NCBI GenBank assembly: GCA_017499595.2
Contig: CM039004.1
Coordinates: forward strand, 2,480,001 to 2,544,000
DNA length: 64,000 nt
From: Psilocybe cubensis
Taxonomy: Eukaryota
Direction: 5' to 3'
Position 1 is the stretch's first letter. Each line of letters starts with the position of its first letter. The notes beneath the pieces are model-generated. The model did not search any database and was not told the DNA's origin. It was given only the letters and a program-made list of their open reading frames with translations. Shown here in pieces: positions 37,165-51,802 of this stretch. Made by a program: the position numbers and the translations under genes.

Positions 37165-39069
37165 TCTGCCAGTAAACATCCACTGAAACTCAGAGTGTTT
37201 TAAGAAGCATCGAAATATAAAAGGAGGGTCAGGTAGATGATCACCTGTGAGTTGCGTCCATTGACGTTCCGTAGACTTCAGAAAGCTCTTAGTGGTCTCA
37301 CTCTCTCGACCGCCACGCGAAAAGACGCGAAGCTGCTCTGAGCGATCACATGATCGTGTTTTGTAGATATGTTGTCTCTGCAATCTATCATGGATTTCCG
37401 GATAAAAATCTAATACACAAACCTCATTGATCTTGCATAGATCCACCTATCTGGTGCATTCCATTATGACACTAGCTCTGTATAAGTATCCGTCAATCGC
37501 GTGAAAATATGGACTCCCATAAGCTTTTATGAGGTTATATTATAACTACATAATCTAGATTCCTGGATCTAATCACCTAGAAACCCGTTTTGTAGGGGCT
37601 GTGTCGACTCGAAATTGGCAGAGTCAACTTTCTCTCTCACTACTTTGCAATTGTCAAAGTCCCTGAGCGCTTGTCATCCGATCATTCATGGATGCCGTGC
37701 TATTTTTAGCATGATGCGCGCCAAGGAAGTTGGATCTATGACCATGGGTATGTTCAAAAACCTCATTGCTATCTTATTGTATAACTGTAAGATGTATTAG
37801 AAAGTAAATATTCACAAAAAACTTTTTAAGGTGGATTTATTACGATGAAAATATCATTCGGTTCAATGGGATGGTTGTTGCGGTCGGAAAATTCAATTGC
37901 CGTTCAAATGAACTGCTCGACGTCAATTCTGGCTGCATTTTTATATTAATAAATGCTCTGAATTTCCATTGGATTATATCCTGGATACATGAATACATCG
38001 CACACACGATACGCAACGCGCATAGACTAAGATTAGGTTATTGAACTGTCAACAAACACCCTGAGCAACGAGATAACAGAAAGACGACGACAAGATGATT
38101 GCCAATTCTTAGAACGACACATCCAGGACCCGGTGGTGGTGTATTACTAGGTGAACTTTGTATAAATAGACCCATCTTTCTCGTGCAAAGGCTAAAGCTA
38201 AAGTCGAGCGGTGTTGAGTCGGAGGGTTGATATTCAGAGCTGAAAACATTGAAACGCCGACATATTCCACTGACAGGTTTCTTCTAAATTATGAGAGACT
38301 AATTATTTGCAAGCTATTTTGAACCTCTTCAAGTATTGCGGGCCGCGGGGCAAGATTCAGGGGCAACCTCCCAGGTATGTTCTTAATATCCGGTCCTGGC
38401 GTTGGGAGGCGCAGTGGCATATGTAGATGTGTTGGGTAACTTAAGCACGCATCCAAATCCAGAACTATCAGTTGTTGACTGTCACAGCACATACGCTATA
38501 CAGAACTTAGGCGCCTATTAATAGGGCCATTTTCTTCGTGCGCGGAACCGGTCGGTGGTCCGAGTCCGCCAAGCCTTCTGTGGCGGGCGCTTCTGCACAA
38601 CTCGGCCCACGCGGGTGCAAATCGTCATGTGCTTGATAATTGACTTTAAGTTTTCCAACTGCTTTCACAATCTTTTGACTTTGAAAGCGTGCTCTTTCAA
38701 CGTGTGGGCTTGGCTCACTTCCCAGTAGCAAACGCTTGTGCTATGTGAGTAGAATAACGTTACTTGATTGCTGTGAACGATTCTTGGAGTTTTGCACCAG
38801 CCTGAGATTTCGTGAGCTTTAGAATAGTGTCCCTTCACGGAAGCGCATCCATGACTTGTTCATCTATACCAGTATATAATGTAAGAATTCTACTAGGATA
38901 AATTTTGATCGTTTGTCCCTTCGTCTTATCTTGAATCAACCTCAGTGACTTCCAAGATTGGGAAACACAACTCTCATGTGGCCTCCAAAGATCGCCGTTA
39001 TCATACGCGGTTACTAACCCCATTCCCGGCGAGTATCCTAAAGACATTGAATCTATTATCCCAGCTCAA

Positions 39070-40510
39070 AACAATCACCTCTGATGAAAATATTGTCCCC
39101 GTATCACAGTACTCCCAAAGTGAGCAACTGACCTTTTCTTCTTCCAGAATCAAGGTTTCAAAGGATATTGAACGTAGCGATGTATCAATCGTGCACAGTT
39201 TCTGCGGCTACGATGTCGGTCTACGATTGGGCACTTACTTTGGACATGGTGATCAATCTGGTTTGGATGAAGAAATAAAGTGCTATCAAGGGGATCTACC
39301 TTTTTCAAGGTTACGTCGTCACCACTTTGGATGCTTGCATCATACCACTCTACCGTGAGTAAATTAATTAATCGCTGAAAGTAGAGAACTGCATTTAAGG
39401 CCAAGTGGGAAGCGCCATGACGGACAAGAAGTGTAACAGGCTTAAAGCGACAATAGCAGGTGAGAACTGCCGACGCGCATCCGAATCTCCGTTTTTTGAA
39501 TTGAGGCGCGTTCTATGATCATCTCCATATCAAGTTCTGATGGCGCTGAGTTCTATAACATCAAAAGGTGAATCCACTCTCCAGTGAAACGCTGTTAATA
39601 ATAGCTATCACAACGAAGTGGAAAATTCCGTGAGTTGCATTTTGCTTTCCTTTTACCCAGCGATTCTCATCATCCTAGTCTGAGCAATAGGGAACCACGA
39701 TAAGCGGCTCATGTACATTCTTGGTGCAACGGCAGTGATGCTGTGGACACCGGGTGCTGTGATGTTGTGTCTATTTCTTGTCAAGATCAGGTGTGAGTAT
39801 ATTAATTGGATGCTGTAAAGGCTTTGTGAAGCCGTAAATTTATTACGGATTTCCCAGCGCCCCCCTTACGAGGGATACAAAGGATGCTTTCCACTGAGGG
39901 GCATCACATACATAATATGATGGTGGTGGGCTGCTCTGTGTTTTTGGGACTTCAGTGAGTATTTATCGATAGACTCAATGATTTCGAATTCATTTCACTC
40001 ACTGAAAACAGTATGTCTGGCGCTGGTCTTGAAGCCTGCCGTACAGTTTGGTAAATATATGCGCATTTTTCTTCTCATCTCAATTAACTGGTGTTTCTCA
40101 GTTCATTTTGGGATGAAGAAGATGTCATCGTCGCTCGTTGTCTACCATGATGGTATGGGTGCTTTCCACAATTTTATCTGACCAAAAATATGGTTTAGGT
40201 GTTCTTTTTTACGTGTTTTTCTTTTGTAGGCTTTGCCAAAATGCTCCAATTATTTTTAATGAAGCATTTCCAGAAAGCTCACTCTTCAATGTCATCGCCT
40301 TATACGACATTTTTGGTAAGCACAAATCTGTAAGGGTTGATGCGCTGATTTGTTAATTGAAAGCTTGCTTCAACTGCCTCTACGGGTACGTCCTGATCTT
40401 TGCGTCCTTGTATCAATACCAGTGCATGGCGATTTCTGATGAAAAGCAATGCCTAGTTTAATGCGCTGGTTGCCTCCCGTACAAGCCAGTCGCACGCTCC
40501 TTTAAATGAG
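39070..40510 (+). pseudogene. Decayed tandem paralog of the DUF6533 membrane gene
   Basis: VSAATMSVYDWALTLDMVINLVWMKK*SAIKGIYLFQGY has an in-frame stop. PPYEGYKGCF is followed by a stop, and ASRTLL*MR occurs near 40490-40510. Confidence 0.7.
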
Positions 40511-40941
40511 ATGATAACTTCAAAGGCCAAAGAGGGCGACGGACTTTAGGCCAATCTCTGTTCGTTTTGTCCATCAATCGAAGGCCAACGAGAGCGATAC
40601 GATGGTAATGTCCGAAGTCGAACGACGGCCTCGAGGTGCAGCTGAAGAAATGCCAGAGTCTAATTAGATTACTTGGTTCATAAATTATCTTTGAAAGATA
40701 GGAATGAAAACGGATTCAAGCACTTTACGCCTCTTGGGCTCTTTACGCGGTGCAAGACTGCTCGAATGCGCCAACTCCGGATAAAGGACGGACCGTGTAC
40801 GCGACGGAGGATCATTAGAGGTCACGTTTTCGACACGGTCCTTTTTTGGACAGAGGCCCAGGGACATGATGAGGAGGAATCCAAGCTCACCGTGACAGTG
40901 TCCATTGTCCACGTTCTCCTACTCGCCCTTTCCCCTCATAT

Positions 40942-42346
40942 ATGCCCCCTCAGCCAGGTGTATTCCCCATATCCCACAGCACAGGCTCCTCCCACACACA
41001 ATCAGTCATCGCTCCAGCACCACACGCCTCTGGCGGACTCGTCGGAGGTTCATCGCATCCCCAGCAGCACCAGCAGCAACACCAACCGCATTCACGCGGG
41101 AACCAACATTCTACTCACCAGACCGCAGCAGCGTCGAGCTCTAAACACGGTGAGTGCAGCGTTTTCTCTTCGATCCCGACTCTCGCCTCGGGTGGTGCTG
41201 TGCTCGTAGCCACTGTGTACTGACAGTCACTATCTCCTCTCCATTGCCCAACGCAATCGGTTGTCTGCTTAGGTGGCTCGATGGAAGACGGGCGAAAAGA
41301 AAAGAAGAGGAAGGAGTCCTCAAAATTCGGAAAGGATATGAGTGATCGGAGAGACGAGTTGCGTTTCCGCTTTTTTCTTTCATCCCTCTTTTTTCACGCA
41401 CTCAACCTATCCCACAGTGGGCGACACTTCACGGAAAGCATATCTGCCCTCCATAACTCCGCCCACATCCTTTCAACACGTCCAGAGATGTCCAATATGT
41501 TCCTCTTACGATTATACCCACTTTCACTGGAGCGTTCAGCGCTCACTGCCCAGCTTGAGAATGAGGAGCGTTATTCGCTCGACTGTGCCCAAGTCGCATA
41601 CGAGGAAGAACGCGACCGGGTTGAAGAAGAATGGAAACGAGGTAGAGAACGAGTTCGAGAAAGGCTTCTCGAAGGCATCGAGGAGAGACGAAGACGAGCG
41701 AGAGAGGAGAAAGACGGCGAAGGGATCGTTGGAGGTCGATTTCTTTTCTCCTCTACAATCGTCATGACATTGTCTGATGCCCATTTTCTAACCAGATGCC
41801 GCACTCGACATGCACTCACGACCACCTATAACACGGAAGCTGCGCAACAAGCTGGGCACATCACCTCCCCCAACACCCCATAACGGGTCTCACATCAACG
41901 GCTCCGCCCACGCCTCCAGTTATCCCATCACCAACTTCCATAACTCTTCTGGAATCCCAAACGGCAGCGGTCTGCCATCTAATCTGCCTATAACTACCGG
42001 CCCCTTCCTAAATCCTCATTCATTGTCGGTGGATGACCTGCCATCGCCATTCCCTCTTCCTCTAACATCAACACACTTGCCCCAGTCGAGTGGCTCAAAT
42101 GGTGCTGCTCTAGGTGGTGCTGGTGGTGCAGCCGGCGGCGCTGGCGCACAAGGCGGGGGCGGCAGAAGAAGAGTAAAAGGTGGAGGAGCACACCAAGGCC
42201 AAGCCGTGGGTGGCCTGGGCAAATCTTTGCTCGTTTTGAACACGATACGGGACAACGACCTCGAGGCAGACCTTGGGGAGATCCGGAGAGGAAACAAGAG
42301 ACGGAGAGCTACGGCAGCCGCTACTTCAGCGCGGGGAGTGATATGA
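40942..42346 (+). CDS. Sds3-like (Sin3/Rpd3 HDAC complex) coiled-coil protein
   Basis: LRLYPLSLERSAL...AYEEERDRVEEEWKRGRERVRERLLEGIEERRRRAREEKDGEG; RPPITRKLRNK; DLEADLGEIRRGNKRRR. Confidence 0.75.
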
Positions 42347-43901
42347 AATATCTGTTCTTCGACGGGGTGTGTCTATTTCTTGTTAATTTTTCCCTTTTGT
42401 CATTATATCACTGCTTGTGGGTTTCATTTCATTTATAACGTTGGGATTTTTCTGTTCTTGCACTTTTTTCCCTTTCTTTATTCTCTTGCAGTATAATCCC
42501 CTCATCTCTTTCGTGTTGTCCTCCGCGTTTTTTACCTTTATACCAACCACCCTGCTCTCGTCAAGCCACTTTCCTCATTATTATCTGTACTGTATAACGA
42601 TCTCTCTATTTATAATTTTCTTGCGCCGTCTCTCGTCTCTCCCAGCTCGCAGCTTTTGTCTCTCAGATATTTGTCTGTACTTTACGACCCCCCATTGGAT
42701 TTTAGGAGTACATCTCAAATTCCAAATGTACCACGCATGCCACACTGAACCACTGATATCTGTGATAACTCGTTCGACGCAAGCACACACACCCTCTGGA
42801 CGGGTGTTGATCTTCTCTTCAAGTTGATCCGCGCCCAGGTGGAGATAGCGGTCCGCGTCATCAATGCGGATGCAATTGTTCATTGTTGACACGTGACATA
42901 AAGATCGATTACGCAATCAAGTTCGAAGTCCGATGCGGCACTTTCCGTATGGAGGCGTCTCACTCACGATCTCTCACGATTCATTCTTCCAGTTATCTTC
43001 ATCCAACAGTAAATCCATGCAGTGTCTATACAGCTCCGAGTGATCCATGAGCGCTCATCACCTTTTGATCCTCGTCAACTATAGATTTGCTCTTGTCAAA
43101 AGGTTTGAGTTCAACACGCCAAGCCATACCCCTTTGCCATCTTACACATTCCGAAGGGATACTGTCATTGAGTACAGCCTTTGGTCAAATTTTGGCCTTA
43201 AATACTCTGTGCTTCTCTCTTCCGAGTAAAACTATGTATTCATATCATATCTGAACTATTCTAGAGACGCCATTTCTCAAAGTTTGAACCTATTGCAGAC
43301 GATTCAATGTCGGGGGTCGGTGTGTATCTACTATGATGAACCTCCATTAGTTACTGATTGATAAGGGAGCGTAAAGCAACATAACTTAGTATATCATGTA
43401 AACATATATTCTAGGCAAGCGAAAAATTGTTGAATTGTATTGAGTTTTTTTTTTGTATCCATCAGTGATGAATGCCCTTAAGAGGTCTATACCGTTGTAT
43501 GCCTGCACATGGCGCACTCAACCCGATTACTTATAATTACTATCGGATGCTCCAATTGGCTAATGATTCTCTAAATACGGTTAGTCTATTTCACTCGATT
43601 TTGGCAGGAAATTATCAGACGTGATCCATAAAGGTGTCAACAAGATGCAGAAGTCATGATATCATTTTCTTTCAGATCTGTCAAGCAACGGCGTATACAC
43701 AGATGTAATAAGGATAACACATCAAGTCTTTTACATTGGCAACTTTATGACCCATGTGGCTAGTATACGAGGCTTTTATAAACCTGACCCGCTTTAATTT
43801 CCGAGGCGTTCCTGCTCTCGATCCCTTTCATTTCCGTTGAACTGCCTGTATTGATTACTTTGCGTGTTATCTCTGATCCTCAAGCTCATATCGTGCCACC
43901 A

Positions 43902-45186
43902 ATGGAAAATGAGGGCCGTCCACCTTCGTGAGTACCAGCACAGTGTTCACTAGTATCATCATCTGAACTGAGTTATTCTGCATTATCATAACATTCATCC
44001 CCAAAACATAGGTACAACACTTCGACTCTTGCTGATATCTATGCTGGGTCATCTCGGAACGTGCTGATTACGTCTGGCTTCAACCTCTCCTCCGTGACAC
44101 TGCCTAGGTCCCCGGCTTCCGCCAGCAGCAGCAGTAGCAGCAACTTTGAATCGTTTTATGATCCTTCACCGGAAGTATTTGCTCAGGATATCCGGAGGGC
44201 TGTAAAACGATTAGTGCAGCGTGGACCAAGATATGCTCATACGGTGCCGCCTGTCGTACCTACGAGCTCCCGGCGACCGCTGAGTACAGAAAAACGTCCT
44301 CCAACGTATGTTCACCGATTTCAGCATTCTGCCAACAATGTTCAAGGATGATTGATTGACCACAAAATCCAGGTTCCTGCCAAAACGTACCCCAGCCATA
44401 TCAGACTTTGAAAATGTGACCTATCGCTTCGAACCATCATATACGCTCCCCAATACGATGACCCTCGTCCCTCAATACGAAGTAGATGAGAGCAAGGATC
44501 GCTACACGGTCAATGTAAACATGAATTGCTTCATGCCAACATCATTCGTCACACGGATATTCAACATGAGCAACCTGATCGGTGAATTCGAGTGAGTGAT
44601 TCCTCTGATATTTTTCCAGACACTATGTCCCCATGATACTAACATCCAATTATTTGTTCAGGATGGGGATCATTAACACCGAAGTCTCGAGCAAGGTCAG
44701 GATTGGTGATAAATTGTTCAACATTGCGAATATCTTGAGTAAGAATGGAGGCCGCGATTCGGTGAGTGCGGGGTTCAATATCTTCTAGTCACTTGGCAAC
44801 GAAAGAGAGATTGACGACCAATGCTTTTCAACATCACAGGGTACCTGGTTTTGGAACCCACTTGCATTTGGTACAAAATTTTGCTTGAAGTGGGACTACA
44901 GCACCCGGCCATGTACAGTGAGTCTTGGCAAGTGTCCACAATATTAAGCGCCGGTCTGATTCCTTTCAATCTGCAGTGTTCCTCAACAGTGGGCGGGATG
45001 GATGTTCTGGCAACATTCACCAGCCCCTTCGGTCTGAATGAGGGCAGCAACCCACCGATGCTGGAAGTCACACCCGCGGGCCGGGAAGAGAACTTGTTCC
45101 AACATATTTTGATATCACTCCTGATCGTCGAGAGGAAGAGGCTGACGCCTGATCGGGATAGTAAGCTCAAAGAACTGTTCAATTGA
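43902..45186 (+). CDS. DUF6593-like hypothetical protein (multi-exon)
   Basis: RYTVNVNMNCFMPTSFVTRI..IGEFE/MGI; LATFTSP...MLEVTPAG...FQHILISLLIVERKRLTP. Confidence 0.6.
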
Positions 45187-46327
45187 AATTCACCCACAGG
45201 CTGTTAGCACTGTGGGTGTGACCCACAGAGATGCCAATTGCCCTCCTCAAGGCTTACGGCTCCTTGAGAGCGACGACCAACATACTCATGAAGGCCTACC
45301 AGGGGAATCGTCTGGAAACGAATATCCTTTTGATACACTCTTTTACAGGGATTCACTCATTCGTTCTTTCACCTCGTCGCTCCTTCAAGTATACCCATTA
45401 CCCTAATGACTTCAGACTCAAAATCTGATGTAAATTGTCGAATGATTTACAAAGGATTTTACGAGTAATTTGTATCTTTAGTAATGCAAAACTGGATGGC
45501 TCCTGCACTAGCACCATGGTAGCCAAAGAACAATATATGTACATCTAAATTCATACTCTGTGTGGCGCACCCTTTAGCAAGCTACTACCGTATCTTTGTT
45601 AAATCAATATGTAGGTCCCCTGCTGGCTGCTCCATAAGTACTTCAATTGGAGCAACCAATGTATCACAATAATCTCTGGGAGCAATAGCATCAATGATAT
45701 TTGAGATCTGACATTTGATGTTAAGTTTCAAGCAAGCTACAAAGAATCTTTGAGTTTATGCCGACCCAGTGCTGATCCGGTGCCAATTCCACCGGAGGCA
45801 ATGCATCGTCGCAGCGCAATATTTTGATCCGTTACCCCAGGGGCGCCAAACAAACATCCAACGATACAGAAAAAGATATTCGGAAACAGTAGCCTTCTGT
45901 CTTTTAGCACATCAATGTACAGAGTATGGTATCCCAGAGCAGAGTTAACGGAGATCTGCATTACAAGTGCCTCCATCTCAAAAGGCTTTGATGTTTTGGA
46001 CAACATCAATGTCCGCATCCTTCCCAGAAATGCGAAGACGGTTTACCATGTCAATCAGGGAGCTGTGAAGATTTACGCAAGGGTGATCTCTGAAAAGTTG
46101 ATATGCCTTAGTGCCATTCAATGCGTTTGCTTTAGTAGATCCACTAATTTCAAACACGTATCAATGAAAAACGTAACACTGACTAAAGTTCTTCAAACGC
46201 AATTGCACCCCACCTTGTTGCAGCGCACAAGATCAAATCTTCGACGATATTTTCCAAGATATCCAACGAAAAGCTCGATCGTCAAGTACGTTTTTAATTC
46301 GAAATCTCATAACCAAAAATACCTATC

Positions 46328-47229
46328 TCATAGTTTCCCTGGAAGTCGTCCCCCTCCGCTCAGTCTAATAGTTTCGCCATTGACATATGGACAGTCCAAG
46401 ATCCACATAACGGTCTTTGAAAATTCATACGGTTGACCAAACCTCCTTGGGTACACAATACCTTCGTTCTCGAGGCTTCTCCGTGTTTTGGCGGGGAAAT
46501 TGGCGGTCATGCTACTATCGAAGACGCCGGGGGCGATAGTAACGACGCGGATGGCGTGTCTAGCAAGATCACGGGCCATGGGAAGAGTCATGGAGCACAG
46601 TGCCCCCTTTGTTGCAGAGTAAGCTGTTTGCCCTGGCTGGCCTTCGAACTGCGAGGGGTAGGTTATTTACTTCGTCATATCAGAAAGTTGATGGGTGGTC
46701 AAACGAGCAACTCACAGCAGCGGCACTTGCAACGAACACTACTACCCCTCGTTCTCCATCTGTTGTATCCTCTGGGGAAACTTTGACGAGATGCTCCAGC
46801 ACCAAGCGCGTCAAATTGAATGATCCAGTCAGATTGACAGCTAGAGTGAAGTCCCAGAGCTCCAGATTATGAGGTTTGCCATGGGCATCTATGATCTTCG
46901 ATGCTGTACCAACACCCGCGCAGTTGATGACGCCGCCAAGAGGCGCGCCTGTGCTTGCTGCCCATTCAACGCTCTTGTCCACGGCTGAAGCCACTTCCTT
47001 GAGAACTGTGATGTCGGTTTGGTAAAACTTGACATTTGGAGAAGATGAAATCGTTTGAGGGGGTGGCGAGCGGTCAACAATGGCTACATAGGCCTTCTTG
47101 GATAGGAGATCATGTACAGTTGACAATCCGAGCCCAGAGGAGCTTGAAGCATGTCAGTCAATTAACAGAGGCGCATCAAACGGACACACACCCTCCAGAA
47201 ACCACAAACGTCCTATTTTCGACTTTCAT
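46328..47229 (-). CDS. Short-chain dehydrogenase, 3-hydroxyacyl-CoA dehydrogenase type-2 (HSD17B10-like)
   Basis: MKVENRTFVVSGG/SSGLG; INCAGVG; VNLTGSFN; GERGVVVFVASAAA/FEGQPGQTAYSATKG; MTLPMARDLARHAIRVVTIAPGVF; YVNGETIRLSG. Confidence 0.92.
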
Positions 47230-47557
47230 GTTCTTCGTTTAGAGATGGGGGTTCTATAAGACTGTAAGCAAGCTTGAAATACTGCTGAACTTCGGCTCTG
47301 GCATTGCCAATTTCCCCACAACCGGCTTCATGGCAGTTATGAAGGCGAAAGATTCCATTGGCTGGAGAGAATCACGTTCAGATTCCGCCTCACGGTCCGC
47401 CCCCGCCGGCACGTGGGCGCATTGAGGAGGATCGCTTACCTCATTCACACCTTTTTGAGTTTCTCAAGCATCATCGTCACTGTCCTGTGAAGACCTTGGT
47501 TCATTTCTTAGCTCACTCCAGCTATTCTCTTTGACTATCACCACCACTTCCAAAACG

Positions 47558-48231
47558 ATGTTCAGACCGTCTCTTCGTTCATCAGTACGTCTTAGCGTCC
47601 CTCCACCCGCTCAGGAACATCGGTTTACAACCTACGCAATTTGCTGCAGCTAAGGTCGCTTCACCGCACCGCACCTTCAACGTTGTTGGCGAGCAGGCTA
47701 GTGGCCTACAGATGCATCTCAGACGACGTTAGAGCGAAACTGCAGAGTGCTGTCAAAGCAAGCCCCGTTGTACTCTTCATGAAAGGCACACCGGCGGAAC
47801 CGCAATGCGGTTTTTCCCGTGCAGTGGTGCAGATTCTCGACCTTCACGGAGTGCCGGCTGAAAAGATGCAGACTTACAATGTCCTTGCGGATCAGGAACT
47901 GAGGAGTAGTATCAAGGAATTCTCGTGCGTCTACGTTTTGCCAATTTCCTTTACTCTGAAATTCTGATTACTTCATTACATAATGTAGGGAATGGCCCAC
48001 AGTCCCCCAGGTCTATGTGAACGGTGAATTCATCGGCGGATGCGATATTCTGATTGGAAGTGAGTCTAATACTTTTTATCACCTTTGAGTTATTGATTTA
48101 ATTATTGAACTCTAGTGCATCAATCCGGAGAGCTAGAAACTTTGCTGGAGAACAACGGCGTGATCCCCAAAATTGAGGATTCTGCCTCATCGGAAGCTGA
48201 GGCACCGGCATCAGAGAAGGCTACGTCCTAA
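47558..48231 (+). CDS. GRX5: Mitochondrial monothiol glutaredoxin (CGFS type)
   Basis: Basic targeting-like N-terminus; [60 protein letters not shown]. Confidence 0.95.
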
Positions 48232-49523
48232 AACTCTACATCTGTAAATCTCATTAGCACTCATTTCCTCAATCCCATCTCACGCATATCCCATTCGACT
48301 AATTGTCCTAGATAGTAATCAATTACCTGTCTTTGTAATTGCAATCGACTAAATTACTCGGGTTCGGGACCGTCTGAATCTCAATCACTTTCTTGAACAG
48401 ATGAACCCGCGGCATTTTCGTGGGCATAGGAAGTTGTCGGAATACTCAAACCAGCCTCTCTTCCAACAAGCAAGTAATTTTCAGCTGTGCCACCCCTCTG
48501 GCTACAAATGTAGATATTTCAAATGCCTTCCCAAGACATACAAGGTATACAAGCATTCCGGTGGTGTCTTGAAAATGTGGTCGATCTGCTTTAATTTCAA
48601 TTTATGTATCTTCCCTTCGTCAAGGGATGCAACATCATCGTCATACGTCATCCGAAATGGCCACTCAAAAGCCGCGAAGCCTCTCAGTATGGATGGTTGA
48701 AGCAATCAAAGAATATCAAAGTAGTAGCTTGCCAACAGGGCGCTTTTCTCAGGATTTGATTCGTTCAAGACTTGTCACTACGTATTATTATATTAATTCG
48801 TTGCTATCGATAAAGCAACGATGGATGCATAGTGCTTTGCGTTGAAAATTAAGCGCTGGTGAGTTGACTTTCTCTTCGTAATATCAATTTGTCATGCTCC
48901 AGCGGCTGAAAGCATCCGACTTAGTAAAAGATTGGTAAACATTTACCAGTGGGACACTTCAGGGCACTGGCATTGTATAACGAATCGTCATGGTGTACTC
49001 AAATCACTCAATGAAAATAAGGTTTTATCAGTGTATTAAGAAGCCTTCTTGTTTGATTGTCTCATGATGATGTGCCAATGACGCTCTCTTGTTATAGAAA
49101 TGTCATTTGTCCATTCTTTTCAACTTGACTCATAAAAAACCCCATACGTGTAGTAAACAGTCTCTAAGACACACATTGTAATGTGTAAGCAAAATCTTTA
49201 CTAATGGTGAGCCTGACTATGCAGATGCGAACCAAGTTACGCTAACAGAAATGGTGGATCTTGGGGCAGACATTTTAGAAACCAGTCACAATCATGATGC
49301 TGATTGTTCACATTTGCTCGGCGTCCCGCAGCATGTGCGCCAATGTTCTAAATTGATAGGTCATACCACCTTAAAATATGCACCTATACATATCTATACC
49401 TGCACCTACTACTCGTATAAATAGAAGGTCGTTTAGACGACTGTCTAATATCCCATTGACATCGACCGCCCTGTCAACCACCATCTCCCAGTCTTACATC
49501 GAAATTCCCCGATCCAATCAACA

Positions 49524-50417
49524 ATGTCTAAGCTGGTAGCATTCATCTTGGGCGCAGGCACACATGTTGGCGCTGCAGTCGCAGCTAAACTCCACAAGAA
49601 CGGATATCAAGTAGCTCTCGGAAGCCGGAACCCTAAGCAGGAAGGGAGTGACGGCACATACTTCAACGTGAAGCTAGATGTACAAAGCCGCGAAAGTATC
49701 GAATCTGCATTCGATACAGTGGTAAAGAACCTGGGACCAGTCAACGTCGTGGTGTACAACGGTATGAGATTGCCAACTGGAGTAGAAGGATCAATGAGAT
49801 ATCTGATCGAAATTGTTATTAGCCGCCTCCCGTGTGGGACCCACAGACCCTAACGAGTTTCTCTCTGTCCCAATTGAAGCGTATCAAGACGCTGCTTCGA
49901 TTGGCGTCGGTGGCTTCATTGCTGCACACAAAGCGCTCGCGAGCTTCCGAAGCGAAGTCCACAAGGAAAATCCTAAAGTTTTCATCGTTACTGGGAACTT
50001 GCTTCCATTCGAACAATACAATCCCCCTGGGTTCTTTACTCTAGGTGCACAAAAAGCTCTGCTGTCCAGGTTTGTTGCCACAGCCTCGCAGTCGTACCAG
50101 AATGAAAATATTCAGTGGGTCTAAACCTCTTAGAAACATCTCATATATTGGGTTATCAAACTAATCTACTCCATATTTTAGATTCTACTATGCTACCCAG
50201 TCCTCAGAGACAGGTACACATCCTGGTCCAGAAAACTTTGCAAAGGGTGCTCAAGCCCATGCTGATGTGTACTGGAAACTCATCAATAACAAAAAGCAAG
50301 GGGATTGGAACCATCAGTAAGCAATATTATCATGACGGTTTAGCAGTTGAATTACAATCTAACAACACGCCGACTCCTAGATTTACGCTTGACGGGAAAG
50401 CATACCCTCATGCTTGA
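49524..50417 (+). CDS. Short-chain dehydrogenase/reductase (NAD(P)-binding Rossmann fold)
   Basis: VAFILGAGTHVGAAVA...GYQVALGSR; LGPVNVVVYNA; KVFIVTGNLLPF; TLGAQKA. Confidence 0.82.
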
Positions 50418-50814
50418 TCAGTGTGTTCACCTTCTTAGAAGAGGTAGCACTATATTGAACCATGGGAAATTAAGTGATCTCAAAAAGTTATACTTCATGT
50501 TTTAAGATGATGGTGATATTTCTGTATTACAATTGCATTTTCGTCGTCTTTTTGTACAATGAGAATTTAGTGCATGAAATACATTGTGTATCGGGTTTCG
50601 CAAGATTTTCGAGCATTAGTAGCAATGGCGTCTAATCGTCCTTATGCAGATCATTACGCGTTAAGCGCCCAAAATGACGGCATCAAGGTTCCCTGTCTTT
50701 CCCTTAAGTGGAATGTGTTACCATGGTTGATGATCCATAGGTTTGGATGATGTGGGAAGTTGGGAGACGTTATAACGAGACAAACAAGAAGTAGTGCGCG
50801 AATCGGAGACATCT

Positions 50815-51440
50815 ATAGAGCATCAAACCGATTGCGAATAGTCATGGACCAAAGTTGCTGACTCCGTTTTTAAAAACCGCATTGCAAGTACAATGAAAAT
50901 GCAGCCACATTTTCTTCTTCAACTTCTACCCATATCTCATTACAGGGCCAGACGGAATTGACGAGTGCAGAGATGACGCCTCTTGCAAATCCCCGGCGTT
51001 GGTGCGGGACTTCTATTGAAAGTCCAGCGATGAGAATATCTGGCGCCACTGCGGCATCTCCCTGAGTGATATTTACTGGATAAATCCTACTGGACCATTT
51101 CCTCCGCATTCCCAAGCCAAGGTTGCTTCGTACGTAACTAAACATTTCTTTGCCGGATACTGCCTACAGAAATATGAACTGCCGTCCACTATAGATGAAT
51201 TTGTAGAGAGCTGGGTAGCATATTATTGAAGTGACATCCGGCATCTTTGCACAAAGCTAGGATTCAAAGACAGTGTCCAGGACGCGGTAGAAGGATTGTT
51301 AGCGGGAAATGGCGGGAGAAAAACGGTATTGAGTGAAGCAGACTTCGCCAGCGAGTGTCCGAGACTCCGAGCAATGAATAAGGGAAATGACTCTAGAGTA
51401 TTATAAAGAAATTGGAGAGCTAAGATTGCATTCATAATGA
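50815..51440 (-). pseudogene. GNAT-family acetyltransferase, probably disrupted
   Basis: Motif A HQRRGFARGVISAL and IWVEVEEENVAAFSLYLQCGF, followed by TAA and then further open codons. The upstream part has stops and frameshifts. Confidence 0.5.
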
Positions 51441-51802
51441 TAATCTTCGGAGTTCGAGATCGTAGGATTGGAGAGTTCCATTGGGTGAAGAATAACGTAG
51501 TATCCATTGAGTCAACTTGAAGAAAATGTCGCGGATATCCTATGTTATGGAGGACGAGAATGGCGGCACATATTCGTTGCAAAATTGGTGGAACAGGTAG
51601 GCGAGATGCTTTAGGCATGCATTGCTCAAAGTTTTTCACTCGCAATTGAGTGAAAAGCGAAGTTCAGTATTTGAGTTTGAAAGAGAGACATCTGACTTTT
51701 AAGCTGAGTTAGCTGAGTTTATATATTGTATTCAACTCAGGGGTTTGCCCACACCAAATTTTGACCTCCTAATTTTCCGGTAAGTATCCACACACTTCAA
51801 AC

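Noticed and set aside
38507-38731. Metacaspase fragment (RTKKMALLIG on the minus strand)
   Set aside because: Only one short motif followed by a stop, with no catalytic His/Cys region seen. It may be chance or a tiny relic.
42417-42827. Hydrophobic 136-aa ORF
   Set aside because: It lies in the T-rich 3' UTR of the Sds3-like gene, where Phe/Leu richness is a compositional artefact.
45737-46436. ORFs 45737-46018 and 45915-46436
   Set aside because: No recognisable domain. One overlaps the SDR 3' end on the opposite strand.
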